The notes under the pieces are model-generated. The model did no database searches. It was not told the origin of the DNA and saw only the letters and a list, made by a program, of their open reading frames with translations. This document shows, in pieces, positions 24,501 to 38,200 of a stretch of 64,000 nucleotides of DNA. The stretch is from the NCBI GenBank assembly GCA_040954595.2, contig CM082583.2:12810987-12874986 (forward strand). The letters run 5' to 3'. How positions within the stretch are numbered: the stretch's first letter is position 1; every line of letters begins with the position of its first letter. The DNA is from Balanoglossus misakiensis. Taxonomy: Eukaryota; Animalia; Hemichordata. The translations under genes and the position numbers were made by a program.

Positions 24501-26048
24501 GGGTCTATTAATTCAAATGCCATATTGAGTTGCATGCAGGGTTTCCACCACAACCGATCAAAATAGAACTCTTAACCTGGTATTACTTGATGATCCAGAA
24601 TTACATATATAGAGAGAGAGTTCCCCTAAACTTACTTGAAATCGCCTCATTTCCATGACTCTTTCCAAGGCAACTGAGTAGTCTGTCCAATACAGTGACC
24701 AGTCTTCATCTTCACCCACTTCCTTGAAACCAAACCTTTTGGCAACTCTACGTACTGGGTGATGAGAACAAACGAAAAACAGTCATCAAAATAAATTCAG
24801 AAATAATGCATATTCTCTAGAATAAAAGCATATTCGCTAGAATAAAAATACACACATTGATGTTTAAAGCAACTGAAAAAGATGACAGTACTCACTTGAC
24901 TCATATTTACAGTTTGAAGTATTTATACCAATCCACCTGGAAAGAAATGAGTCAAATAGAAGTAATTGATGAAGTCATTTTAGGGCAGCATATTACTAAC
25001 GGTCAAATAACCACATTCATTCTGGAAAATTTGAATTATGAAATTTTCCATGAGAAAAGCTCCTGTCAAAATTAATCTTCAAATGCTATAATCAAATGAA
25101 TCTAATAATGGCCATTAAACCATCATGCTTTATTACTAAAATGTTCATAATTACAAAATCTAATTTTGTGATTATTTCAATTAATCAAATGAAAAATAGG
25201 ACACAGTTGAGTCTTAAAACAGGCAGGGTTGACCTGTTGCACACCAAGAGATAATTTTGAACACTGCAGTGTCATGAGGACACAAGTCAACCGACATGAC
25301 AGAAAGCGCTTGGCTACAGATACGTCAGGTATCCGGGCAATACAGCCCGGCATTCACTGGTAATGTATTGTACCTTTCATAGCGGACACAATAGGGCAGT
25401 GATGGGTAGGGACAGTAAATCACTACTAGATAAAAGACAGAAGGTATATTTTGAGCTGCGCCAGTCGGTTTGTCAGCAAAATCAACCCTTGGGTCTTGTA
25501 AACAGCACCTTGTTTGAGAAGCCTCATGCGACCCATTTACTCTAGGCACTTTGATCAACAAAAGCATCCAATTGACAGTCAGCCTATCTCTCTAGGTTAC
25601 CAGTAGAGGCTGCAATTTCCCTCTCCACAACAGCCCATCTACTGAAAACGACACCACTGTACATGTATGTAAAAGCTTGTGGCAACAGGACGTTTGCTCA
25701 TTATAAAAGTCTCCAACGATCAAAGAGGCTTTCTAAGCCCTTCAATACTACTACTCAGTTCAACCTAATTGTTTTCAATGGACTGGGAGCACTAGCGCAC
25801 TGCCTTCAAAAGGGGTCAAGGGGCATAGCTTACCTTTTCCGTTTCTTTTTCTTCTTTTTCCCCCCAGGTGGCTGGTCTTCAGCCCTTTCCTTGTCTAGCT
25901 TGTCGTCGTCTTTCCCACCATCATCGGCATCACTCTCCCCTCCCTCCCCAAAGACTTCTTCGTCCCCCTCCCCATCAAGTTCAACTACCTGGTCCTCATC
26001 GTCGCTGTTGTTCCGGATTTCTTCATTTTCTTTATCCTTATCTAACAT
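15593..26048 (-). CDS. TTLL6: Tubulin polyglutamylase of the TTLL6/TTLL13 family, ~1110 aa
   Basis: Exons 26048-25834, 24936-24896, 24754-24636, 24073-23943, 23826-23670, 23471-23328, 23166-23081, 22938-22713, 22558-22377, 22250-22062, 21899-21722 (or 21713), 21608-21396, 21135-20674, 20047-19886, 19001-18554, 18384-18099, 16873-16822, 15634-15593; all GT-AG and in frame. TTL motifs [82 protein letters not shown]. Tail exons are less certain than the catalytic ones. A long 3'UTR possibly ends near AATAAA at 12867-12862. Confidence 0.9.
17479..17517 (-). CDS. Candidate 39-nt frame-preserving microexon of the TTLL gene ([14 protein letters not shown])
   Basis: Strong acceptor tcttatttctcccttgttctcag and donor ac|gtaatt. 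Phase 2-2, matching the flanking exons, with no stop codon. Confidence 0.5.
20283..20330 (-). CDS. Candidate 48-nt frame-preserving microexon of the TTLL gene ([16 protein letters not shown])
   Basis: Acceptor ttctctttgcatgaaaag and donor acg|gtatgt. Phase 0-0, matching the flanking exons, with an open frame. Confidence 0.5.
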
Positions 26049-29000
26049 TTTTTAAAAGCTGCAAGAAATATAGAGAGAGATTGTACATACACTAAATGAA
26101 AAAAGTTGCCAGAATTGCAAGTCTAGAGTAATCATAGTTTTGCATTTACCAGACAACCTTGTGTTGCTTTGAAGGCTTTTTTCCATTCACGTTCCAGACA
26201 AATACCTGTACGCGCATGGGTAGCCATGTTTGAAAACAATCTCGACGCCCCAACAATACAACAAATACCTGCAGCTACATGCATATGCAATGTGATCGAA
26301 TATGTGATCAAATTAAGAGGACGAGAAGAACCACAGCACTCAGAATTTAAAGCTACAGCCATCATGAAATGCCTGGTATGCCACAAGACTATTGATTTTG
26401 CAATAAACTCCAAGACAAGTTGCCAGAGAAACACACTTGGGTGATAATTGGCGGCAAACAGAAAGGATGAGATGTTTTATTATCACAAATGACCAAGCTT
26501 TGTTTTCAAGAGTGGTTTTTTAATTGGACACCTGAGTTTTACCATTGCCAATTACATTGTGTAAATGTACGTGGCAAGTCCATCATTTAGGGCCAATGCA
26601 TCATCAAGCTGCCTGTCAGTGAACCCTACAACATTTCTTTCTTTCCTGGAAAAATGATTGATAGTAATGATACCCTTGATCAAACATAATACATGTCTAT
26701 CCTACATGAATCTATGTTAATGTACCTAGCACATTTCAAGCATATTTCATTCTTTTCACATGTGAATTTCGTTATCATTTTATCCAGACATGTACATTGT
26801 GTAAACCATCATGTAAGGTGTCAAAATATTGCACTATTCATTGTACTGTTAATATTACCCCGGGCACAATTCAACTGTTGCCCTCAATCAATTCATGCAA
26901 CTTACAATAATATTTTGAATGTGATCAAGAAACCATTAATCTTATCTACATATTACGGTACACTATAGAAATATGCCTGCATGACTGTGTATGCCGCATT
27001 CACTGCAGAAAAACAAAATTGAGGTGGCACAGTGGGTGCACTGATATGAATCAGCAAATAACTGAGTCTATTATTAAAGACATGTTCTCCAATTCAACCC
27101 AACAAATTGGATCATTCACCGACAACAAACGCTGCGGGCAAAATTCAGTATCAGCCGTCGAGCCGAGGAAATTGCAACATTTATCATCTGCGCTGGATCT
27201 ATGAACGCTACTGTGTGGGCATACTTCATGTCGATTTTAATTGAAAATTTGGGGTGTGCACTGATTTCCAATTGGTAGGATATTTGACTTGAAGATGTAC
27301 CAATGAATTTTGTGTGTATTGAAACTGACATTGTCAGTACATCACATGTATTATTTACACTGCTGGTGTATTGTTATTACCATGGTTACTGCTAAATAGT
27401 GAACTTTGGGAATAACTCTGAAGATGGGCGATTATTTGATTATGGGAAACACGGTAACGAGAGACTGCACCTAATTTGGCCATGGACCCCGAGGGACAGT
27501 GTGAATCAACGCTTTATTGACAAAGATGTTTCCAAAGCAAGCACCTGAAAGGTTCTTTTGTCAGTAGCAATTAGAGAAGATGGCTTGCTAATGCTTGGGC
27601 AATAAAATGGTTTTGTCAGCCACAGATGGATTTCTAAATCTCAAAGCAATTTTCAAAACAGGAAAATGTTACCTTGTTTGCCACTCTATGGAAATTATAT
27701 TGAATTTTGCTTGATTGGCATCTATAAAAATAATGACATCTTACAACATGACATTTATTGACAAAATGAAAATTTCCACAGAGAGAAAAATATTTATAAA
27801 TTTACAGTGAGCCTGCTTTGAGAAAATTTTCTGGGGAGAGTTCTGTATTGGGGAGTGAAAATACCAGGAACAAATGTATGGTGATGTTGTCATTGGTTTT
27901 GAAATGCATGTTTACAAAACGAATCCAAGCAACTACAGTAGCTATTGTGTAAACATCGTTCTGTGCTAACAAGGAGAATAAACAACCACCTGTTATGTTG
28001 ACTGGTCAGTTTCGGCAAATTTGCCAAGAAAACAAAACCAGGCAACAGACTATAACAACTTCATTGCCACTCAGTTGATTTTTTATACATTTTGTACATG
28101 TAACACTAGCATTACCAATACCCTCTGTCTGGTTCCACTTTTCTTTAGACTTAAGCACACATTCCAATTCAAATCATGTGATGAGCCAGCTACTGTAATG
28201 ATCACAACCAGGATCAAAACAAACTGATGTACAGTTAGGTAACTGTCCATCTGTGATTTGTTTGAGTTTAGTCTCAGAGAGTGAAAAGACCCCAGATCTT
28301 GCGCCATTTCTTCTGTTGACCAACATTCACTGCTCTGTGAACACTCTTAGTCGTTTTTAAAAACACAATACTGCTAGGCCCCCGAATGAAAAGGACATGG
28401 TCACTGGACTATTCAAGACCTAAATGTGGGCTGACATTTTTTCCTTGCTCTTCTGCCGTTGTTGTAGTTGCCCGACCAGAAATACAACAACCTTTACAAT
28501 CCCTATTATGATCGGTGAATTATGTCTTTTGTTGCCAGTCGCTGTTATCACAGTTGGTATCCCGACAATAAAACTTGAAGAAAAGCATGTCACTGTCAAA
28601 TCTGCAGATAAGGCCAACAGAATCAATGCTCATGGTTGGTGGTGGTTGCTGGTGAGATTTCATTGTTCATTTCAGGCTTCAACTACCCTACATACATATA
28701 TACATGGGTCTGGTTTGATCTTGAAGACTGAACTGGAAGTGGAATAATACTTTCTAGAAAATGTTAAGAAATGCACATCAGTAATGTTGTACTAACATTG
28801 AAATTAAACTATGCCTTGTTGGACAAATTCACTGAAAACCCCAGCTGTAAACAAACAACCAACCAACCAACCAGTCAATCTACATCTTTGTGTTTCCATG
28901 GTTCATCCTCCTTCCATGAGCAAGTTCAATGCATTGGCATTTCCTTATCTGAGTTCACTTCAATCAAAGTTATTTGATTAAAATTCAAGTGCTGTAGCCA

Positions 29001-30363
29001 TTCCAGATAAAGCAACCCTGAAGATCAAAGTCTCCCTTGAAGGATCCAAAGCTGATCAGCATACAAGATATACTTTTAATAAGGCATAGCAAACCACTTT
29101 TATCCTCAACACTTTTCTTTTTGTAAATACATGCAATGTGTGCATGACGCAAACAGATCCTGAGAAGTCAACCACATCAGTGGTACAGTAATTTTTACGT
29201 CAAAGACCTACAAGTCGGCATTTTTTTGTGCGAGTTGCAAATAACTTGCACACAGAGGCTATTTTATTAAAAGCCTGTAGATAGTACCTGTTCAATACCG
29301 GTTCCCTGTTTGATACCCCTAACAACGACGATATCTTGGGTAGCAAATCAATACAACCAGTTTAATAATGCAGAATAGCTTGATAACAGTGCAGTGCCAA
29401 AGACATGCTTTCTCATTATCTTGCAAACAAAAACTTCGTACTTACTATAAATGTACTTCAAAATGCCTTTATCACATTCTTTTTCTATGCACATTTTATT
29501 GACGTGGTGCGCAGCAAGAACATTTTACACATAGCTACCCGACTGGTGAAATGAATGCATGTTAAATGGTACATACAATGTACTGTTACACTATGCTATG
29601 TACCCAGCCAATTTCCATCCACTCTGCATTTATAATTCATCCTTTTTCTTTCTTTCTTCTAACAAAAAGCAAAACCTAATCAACAGCTGTTACAAAGATG
29701 CTATCAAGACATTTAATTACAAATGGAAACAGCGATTTTAAAGTAATGACATTCATATTTTAGGATTTTAATTTTAATTACTGAATGTATACCTTGAACA
29801 TAATCACACTAAAAACCCTTTTACCCCTGCTACTGATATGTAGTGGTCAAACTTTATCATACAGATGTTTACAAACAAGGTATTAGTTTGCAAGCAGGGA
29901 TCTTGACTATGAAAACAACGCAACATACATTTCGTTTGAAATTTACACAATGGAATCACTTGACCAGCATACAAACAAAATGTTTGTAAATTACCTATTT
30001 TCTCACACCATATTTATCACACTAATTTGGTATTACAGAACTGGTTTATTTTACTTTCTGAAATGTTTCATTGACATTCTGAACATTTCAAAAAGTGTAT
30101 AAACCCAATGTGACATGTGAATACTTAATTCAAGGCTCTTCTTATAGAAAAGGTCATGGACCTTTAAGTGGACAGTAACCTTAATTAAACAAAATGAAAA
30201 TGTAAACAAATTACCAACCTTTACAAAAACAGACACGACGTCCCTCTTGTTACTACATTAGAACCTGTTGAATGAAATAAAATGCACAAGACGAGGTTGG
30301 TGTGATAATCAAATTGTAGTTTGACAGACAAAAATAGGTGCGAACTGGTTGAGCTATATAAAC

Positions 30364-30377
30364 GTTACCCAGGAAAC
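30364..30377. promoter_or_regulatory. RFX X-box in the TTLL first intron
   Basis: gttacccaggaaac fits GTTNCC-N2-RGNAAC. TTLL6-type genes are ciliary, and X-boxes are the known RFX sites of ciliary genes. Confidence 0.5.
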
Positions 30378-30887
30378 GGTAATTTGGGAATACGTTAATT
30401 GTTTTCCTGTATTGACAAGGACATATGATTCGCGTATATGATCGACTAATGCCTTCGAGAAGCTACTTCTGGAAAAAAAGGCTATTATCACGTCGGCCAC
30501 TTTCTAAAGTAAACAGACGGTGGATTTAGTTGCACTGAATTCAACTCGCAGACAATTGATCGCGTTCAGGGGGTCAGCTGGCGAACGTCAAAACTTGGTG
30601 ATCACAAAAGTGTATACCTGGTGCGATCGCAGCGTTCCCATGTCTGCATATAACGGTTCACTATTTCTCAGGTGTCATTTAGTACAACAGACATCGATTG
30701 CTACTGTACCACGGTCTCGTGGCGGTTCTTGGGAGAAATTCTACAATAATTTCATATCAAACACTAGCAATACTAGTTCGCCGATCCGTGCTAATTCGCA
30801 CGATCAACTTTACGAAGCGGAGTTTACGTGACAAGTTCCGAAGTACCTTAGGTTTACGTCAGGATCTGAGTTAATTCCGATACTCAC

Positions 30888-31600
30888 CGTTGTGATTTCG
30901 ACATATGTACCATTTAGGATGTAACGCTAATCGTGTTTAGTCCTATAAACGATCGAATAGACTCGTTAATTCCCAAAGAGCAATTTGTTGATTTTAAAAC
31001 ATTTCGGTCGGTCCGTCATATCACGTTTACATCAACATGGCGTAGACCATAGCTGAAGCTATGCAAGTGCATGAAATCAATCCGCGGTATGATGGAATTT
31101 TGTGCATAAAATGTTGTATGTGGATCAACTTGGGCTAAATACCACAAGCATAACATTGAACTGTGTTTTATATTTTTACATAAGAATATTTTTGAAAAAA
31201 GAAAAGTGACATCAATGAAACCTGGGACCTAATTTAGGCATGTGAGAGGATACATTCATAAGGGCAGTTATCAGACCAAAACAATCTCTTCGCGGACGCT
31301 GGCTTTTGATTGGCCACTGGTTGCCTGGCAAACTGGTAATTTTGCAGGTGCAGGACCTTTAACAAACTACCTTTATGAAGACGCAGCAAATTAAAATTAA
31401 CAGTAAAATGTTTGTTCTGTTATGATTTCGTACATGGAAAACTACCCACTTGAACATAATCGTCAAGACTAAAATACACCCATCCCGAAACTTTGACCTA
31501 TTTTGTTTCGAATATACAAAGTCTCGTAAGTTCTCGCAGATCAGACATATCGCGTGTAAATGACAACGTGTACTGCACATGCGTAGCTGATGTGATCAAC
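30888..31600. promoter_or_regulatory. TTLL 5' leader exon (donor at 30888) and shared TTLL/COPE bidirectional promoter
   Basis: Minus-strand donor acg|gtgagt at 30888/30887 and COPE ATG at 31601. CpG-rich; YY1-like aacatggcg (~31034), reverse CCAAT (~31309) and X-box-like gttgcctggcaaac (~31320). Confidence 0.6.
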
Positions 31601-32117
31601 ATGGCGGCTCATCAAGATGTAGACGAGTTATTCGAAATCAAAAACGCTTTCTACCTGGGTAATTTCCAGCAGTGTATAACCGAAGTCCAGAAACTAAAGG
31701 TATGTTCCACAGGATTCCGTTAGACTTGCGAAATTGGTCTAACTAAATCGAAAAAACGAAGTATAGCCACTAACTCGCACCCACTTCCGCATTCGCTGTT
31801 CGTCTGCTTTCATATACTACAGCAACACGAACTAGATCAGCCAGCGTTTGGCCTTTGACAAACATGCGCTATTACTATATCGCTACTTATTTCATATATC
31901 TCCGGTAAGGGCTTGCCTTTTAGTACATGTATAAAACGCCAGGCCTGCCCATGGCCATGGAGCTGTACATGCCTGGGCTACACGTGCCACATTGCAATTT
32001 GCTGGGTACACATTCTACCAGTTCTCACCTAGGCTGTTTTTAACCTGTTTGTATCATTTATGTGCCATGATGATGATGATGATGATGATGTAATATCATA
32101 ACTCAATCAACATAGCT

Positions 32118-32212
<95 letters not shown>

Positions 32213-35200
32213 ACACATATTTTACATACATTGTTTTGCTTCTTTATTTTTCTGCTCAACCTTATGAATATCATTTAAAGGAGGAAGAACAGGTGAACTG
32301 AGCAAATTTTTTGGGGTACAGATTTGGTAGATTTGTGGTAAGGTTGTTTAGAGTAGGAAGTATGGTTCGAGAGCTGTAAAGATGATATCCATCAAATGAG
32401 AATACACCACAGGGATAAACATGTAGGGTTTAAGTGGAATTCTTTAACCTTTTGAACTCTGACCCTGATCGCTGAGACCTTCATTTGTATGATCATGACA
32501 ACACACAAGTACATGTAGTGGGAACTATTTCAGCTTCTGCATGAAATCTGTGGGTGTAGCTAGTGTGATTGTCATAATTGACAAATTATATGTATTATTA
32601 CTGTAAACTCTTGCAGCATGTTTTAGAGTGCACCAGTTGGTCATTTAAAAGGACAAAGTCTCTCTCTTGCTGCCCTTTTCCCATTAATTATGTTTGATAC
32701 AAGACACCATTGATGTTAAGTACATGTGAATACATGTATAGTGAATCAACGTTCAACCACAAACAACTTCCATCCTGCATATAGATGTGAGAGTAAAAAT
32801 CTTGCCAAAATGAATAAATGGTAAACACTGATTATTCATTTTTGGCTGCTTTAGATTATTCATTTATTGTCGAAAATAATTCTTCATTTACTCATTAAAT
32901 TCGGGGGGGGGGGGGGGAGGGGGGGGGGGGTCTTTTCAAAATTGCCTTAAAATTAAGACTTTCAAAATGGCCGCCAAATTTGAGGTTCAAAATGGCCGCC
33001 TATATCTGTGCTTAGTCTATGGCATTCAAAATGGCCGCCAAATTTAGTGACTTTGACAATCTCCATGGTAAATATTATGGAGAAATTTTACTCATAGTTC
33101 TACCACACACACCTTCCATCCCACTTGTAGACACGAGAGTGAAAAACTCGCCAAAATGAATATTCGGTGTTTACCATTTATTCATTTTGGCGAGATTTTT
33201 ACTCTCATATCCTACAAACGTGATGCTTGAATGTTGATTCACCATATATCCACATGTGCATTAGCATAAACAGTGTAGTAAATCAAACATAATAAATGGG
33301 AAAAGAAGAGAGAGAGAGAGACTTTGTCCCTTTAAAGTAATACAGCAATAGGCATAGAACTGATATACTGATACATCTTCTTTTCATTCAGACCTCAAAT
33401 CCTGATGCCAAGGCAGAAGCTGAAGTGTTCATGTACCGGGCTTATATTGCTCAGGTAAATCTATTTCTAGCTTGTCCTAACTCAAAGTAAACATTCTGGT
33501 GTCATAGATATAGGTAAATAACAATATGTGATGGTAATATAATAGTATCATATCATTCATTTTCCCTTGACAGCGAAAATTTGGAGTTGTTCTAGATGAA
33601 ATATTTTCCTCATCATCTTCTGAGCTTCAAGCAGTTAAACTATTTGCTGACTATCTGGCAAGCCCTGGCAAGCAGTAAGTACGGTTATCTGTAGGATGCC
33701 CTGTCTCATCATAAAATTATCTTCTGGAAGTTCATCTTTCATGTATAAAGAACTATTACCCACAAATTCACACCGTATACAGGTGTACATGTACACATAT
33801 GTGCATGATGGTCTCCCAGAGTATGCATCACAACCATTTTAAGGTTGGATAATCTGTGGAAACTCATTATCATAACAAATTTGTTATGCAAATTTATTTA
33901 TTTATATAATGTCATCTTGTGGGATTAGGGATAAACAAAGGCATTGATTCTCATAACACAGAGGGCGCTTTGACTGGCTTTCAGATGTCAAAAGACATTT
34001 TACATATACTATGAACTACCGGTAGTTACTATCACATAAGTATATATGAGATAAGTAATTGTTGAACTGCAAATATAACATGAAATCATTCTTTGTGCAT
34101 GATAAATTGCAATGTTCCATCAAGCATTTGACAGATTGTGCAACCAACTTTCCCTTTCACAGTGATACTATATTGAGAGAACTTGACAGTAAAATGAGCA
34201 GTAGTGTTGACATCACTAATAATACATTCCTGCTGATGGCTGCTTCTATCTATTTCCACGAACAGGTAATGTAACTATAACACTTTGAACCCTAACCCCA
34301 TGATGACCTGTGACATTCAGTTTTTTCCCCTAACAGCGTACAACCACAAAGGGTTCAACCACCTCTATTTATGTGAACAGCATCAATAGCTGAGTTCTGT
34401 ACATACAATGTTTTCCCAATATACATGTTAACAGGGTAGATTCAGATTTAAATATTTATCTCCGAAGCAACGGAAATTGTGTTTGTTTCCTGTTGAAAGT
34501 GTAATGCTGTCATGTCACTTCATCAGTCCTGCATTTGATGTGAATCGTAAGCGATGTTCAGCTATGCATAAAAGATTTCATGAACTTTTCCCCATGAGAG
34601 GTGTCACTGTTATGATTTCGTGCTCGGTACAATGAAATATATGCGCTGACAGCGCTAAGAAGAATAAAAAAAATCCACAATTGAAAGAAATGGTATTTTT
34701 CAATTTTCCCAATCGTTCATCCTAATAAAGAGCTCAATCCAGACAGTCCTGACATTGTGAAATGAGCTCAGTGTCATAAGATCAAAAGTTATTGCGAGGT
34801 CACAGTGTCGTTGACATCAAAGGTAGAGCTCCGACTCAAGTGATCCTCATCAGTCTCACATTGAAGAAAACCAGTGAAGTAGAAATACAAGGAAATGAAT
34901 GTTTAAAATGTGATAAAATACAAACTATCAGTATTTGCGGACGATGAAGTGTGTAATCAGGAAAGATTTTGTTGTGTTATAAAACTTGTATGTTTGAAAT
35001 CTAGTTCAATAATTGGCGTGTAAATTAGTAACAGTCATCGCGTTGCATTCTGGGATTACTACATGTACATGTAGCTAATATATTAATCCCATCTGGTGCA
35101 TCTATATTTGAAAGTTAATGAAACCATGTGCACTTAAGACCAGATCAGTAACACCATCAATCACTGTTAAGTTTTCAATGCCGATAATTAGGTTTTTTCA

Positions 35201-38200
35201 TTATTGAAAATGCGGGAGAAAACAACAGACCTTTTTTCAGTTTGCATTGTGCAATTGTATGGCTCACAATATGTTGTGCAGATTTTTAAAAAACAATCTG
35301 TCAGATAACCACAGATCTAATTTATTTCCGAACCCCGTCATTCATGTCTAACTTGTGCTTGCAAACACTAAAGGTAGATAGGATCTCAGCCTTTCACAAA
35401 AATAGATCACGCTAAGGTCACCGGGTCTTAAACTCATGGGGCCCACTTAACTGAATATTGTTTTGCATTTTTCTTTTGGCAGAATACAGATGCAGCCCTC
35501 AGATGTCTGCAGCAGTCTGAATCATTGGAGTGGTTAGTATCAGAGTCTAATTGAAAAATATCTCTTTATGGAGGAGATTATTATCTCATGGAGGTGTCGT
35601 GATTTCATCCCCAGTGGAGTCAAACAACACAGACATCTCTCAGAGACAAGCTTGAATAATTACCAAGTGAAATGATTAAGTGTGTTTTTAGCTTGTATGT
35701 ACACTCATACGTGTTAATGTATTGGGCTGTGTGTGTGTGTGTGTGTGACAAGTTTCATGGCAGTTAATTGCCAATTTGCTCATTTTCACTCATTATCGTG
35801 TGACCATTCCCATCAGGTCGGTCTTTTTTTAGGTATTGAGTGTCAGTGATCAAATTATGAGATAAAAAGGACATGAGTGTGTCGGAAATAACGCCGAGGC
35901 GAGTCTGTTGTCGCATACTGTGTGATTTTTATCTCTCTCTCTGCTGTGCTTGGCACTGTGGCATTTCAGCAGCGTCATACACAGCTTCATGGGGTTTCGG
36001 TATCATGTTAACACTAATGATAACCTTTGTGTTGAGCACAGGGCGAATAACCTTATTAAAGACACACCGTCATTGGATTTAGGGATGCCAAGCAAAACAG
36101 CCCCAAGCAGAAGATTAAATTCCGGCACGAATATATTTTTCTTCGCACGCACATTCGTTTCTTTCTAAGAAAGCAACAGTGTGTGGAAGAATTTGTAAAC
36201 ATGATGGATTATATATACTTAGTTTGAAAAATAAGCATTATTGGCAGTTTTTATGGCAGATGATATAATGGAAATACGTGTATTGTAAAAGTTAACGTTC
36301 AGGCGTTGAAAATTAATATTAACCAGAGTAGATAATAGCTATTTTTTTACATGAATTACCCCAGGGCTTGCTAGCATAAACTTTATTTTTCTTTGAGACA
36401 GTAATTTGATGTAAAATTTATTGGCATACTTGCATTAGAGAACAAAACAGGGTCAAATGATCACAATGATTTGATCTTCTTTCAGTGTGTAATAAATGAG
36501 TGTAGTAAATTTTGTGGATCTTTATCGTGGCATTGAAATATCGGTGTTATTGTGAAAATTTTAGTGTTTATTGAAAACGATATGTTTTGAGTAAAAATGG
36601 CAATTTTCGTGTGTCATATGTTTTCACAAGAGAGCATTACAGTAATGTTACAAAATCTACATCACAGAAAATTTCGTTGTTGGTGAATTTATGAGATACG
36701 AGTTGTTAGACTACAGATAATTCAGCCGTGACAGGAATTCCAAGAGGATTGTGCCAAACCCAGTATGTGCCATTTTTATATCAACAATGTATGTGTTTAA
36801 TAATCTCTTACAGTGCGGCGCTGACTGTGCAGATCTATTTGAAGATGGACAGAGTAGATCTTGCAAAGTGAGTGAAAATTTCCAGTTTTTTTTTTTCTGA
36901 ACAATTTAGCTTTTTATTGAGGTAAACACTGTTAAATTTTACATGACTCCATCCTGATAGCTCTTGTGGATTTTAGAATCAGTTGTACGTCTACTGCATG
37001 GGAATGGTATACATTACGCTCCATAAGACAATTTAACCATGCAGAAATTCTCTCGTGCATCTGTCGATGGAGACTGTATGTCTATAAAAGTGTTTGCTTG
37101 CCATTCCCAGTAGGTTCTGCACATCAGTAATTTTGGGAAGCTTGTGAGTTCCAACTGACAGTAGACTGTGATTGAAAACTGAATGAATTGTTTTTTTTGC
37201 AGAAAAGAGTTGAAGAGAATGCAGGAGCAGGATGATGATGCAACGCTGACCCAGCTCGCGCAAGCATGGTTCAACTTGGCCATCGTAAGTCCATCGTCGT
37301 CTATTTGCTATTTTGTTTATAATCAGGTTTAATTTTAATTTCCTCCCACATTTGAAAAAAAATCTGTTTCTCTGTAATCTCTGCAAATGAAGACCACAGT
37401 CTGAGCATGTGTGTAGTTACCTTTTGAGAGAAGATAGATGATGTGGCTTAGAGATTAATTAGATGAATTAGGTGGCCAGGAGTCAGATACAAGGGAATGA
37501 AGGTTGTGTGCAGGAATCTGATACGTAGATACTCTGTTACTTACTGTCAAGTGCACAATGAGTCGCCTTATATCCCTTGCTGTAGTAAACATTCGTATCA
37601 TGTTCTCTTATTGAGATGTCTTTTTGGGAACAGGATGCCACACTGTAGACTACTGTAATGGTAACTTCACATTTTTTTATGTCTCAATCACGATTCTTGA
37701 CTAATCCTGTCAATCCCTATAAACAATTTTATCTTTCGGTATTTTTTAATGTTACCTTGACTACTTTTCACATTGGTGTGTGCAAATGCCCTCCAGCCTA
37801 TAATTAAGCAGCCAGGCTGTTTGTTGGCATGATCGTGAGTGATTGACAAAGTCCTTGATCTCGTGAGCCAATGAGAGGAATAAGACATTAGCATAAATTT
37901 GCATGATTTTAACCTTCGTATCATGTGTGGCACAAACAACGGAAAAGCAACTTTCTGACAGTAACCCTGGGGTCATTAACAGAAAACCATGACATCCTCT
38001 TCTTATAATGGACAAAGTGCTTGAGTGTTCTGGCAGGGCAAATTTTGAGCAATTCAGAACATCAATGATTGGAAAGACATTGTCACGTACGCAGCGACTG
38101 GCAGCGGTAAATCGCTAACATACAAAATTGTTGCACACTTTACATATACACTCATCTATATTTATGAACTGAAGTCTCGTTTGTATAAGTTTAACGTCCT

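Noticed and set aside
28083-28747. Short ORFs in TTLL intron 1 as an alternative N-terminus or nested gene
   Set aside because: The candidate donor cannot extend the TTLL frame because of the TAA just before the ATG at 26048, and there is no recognisable homology.
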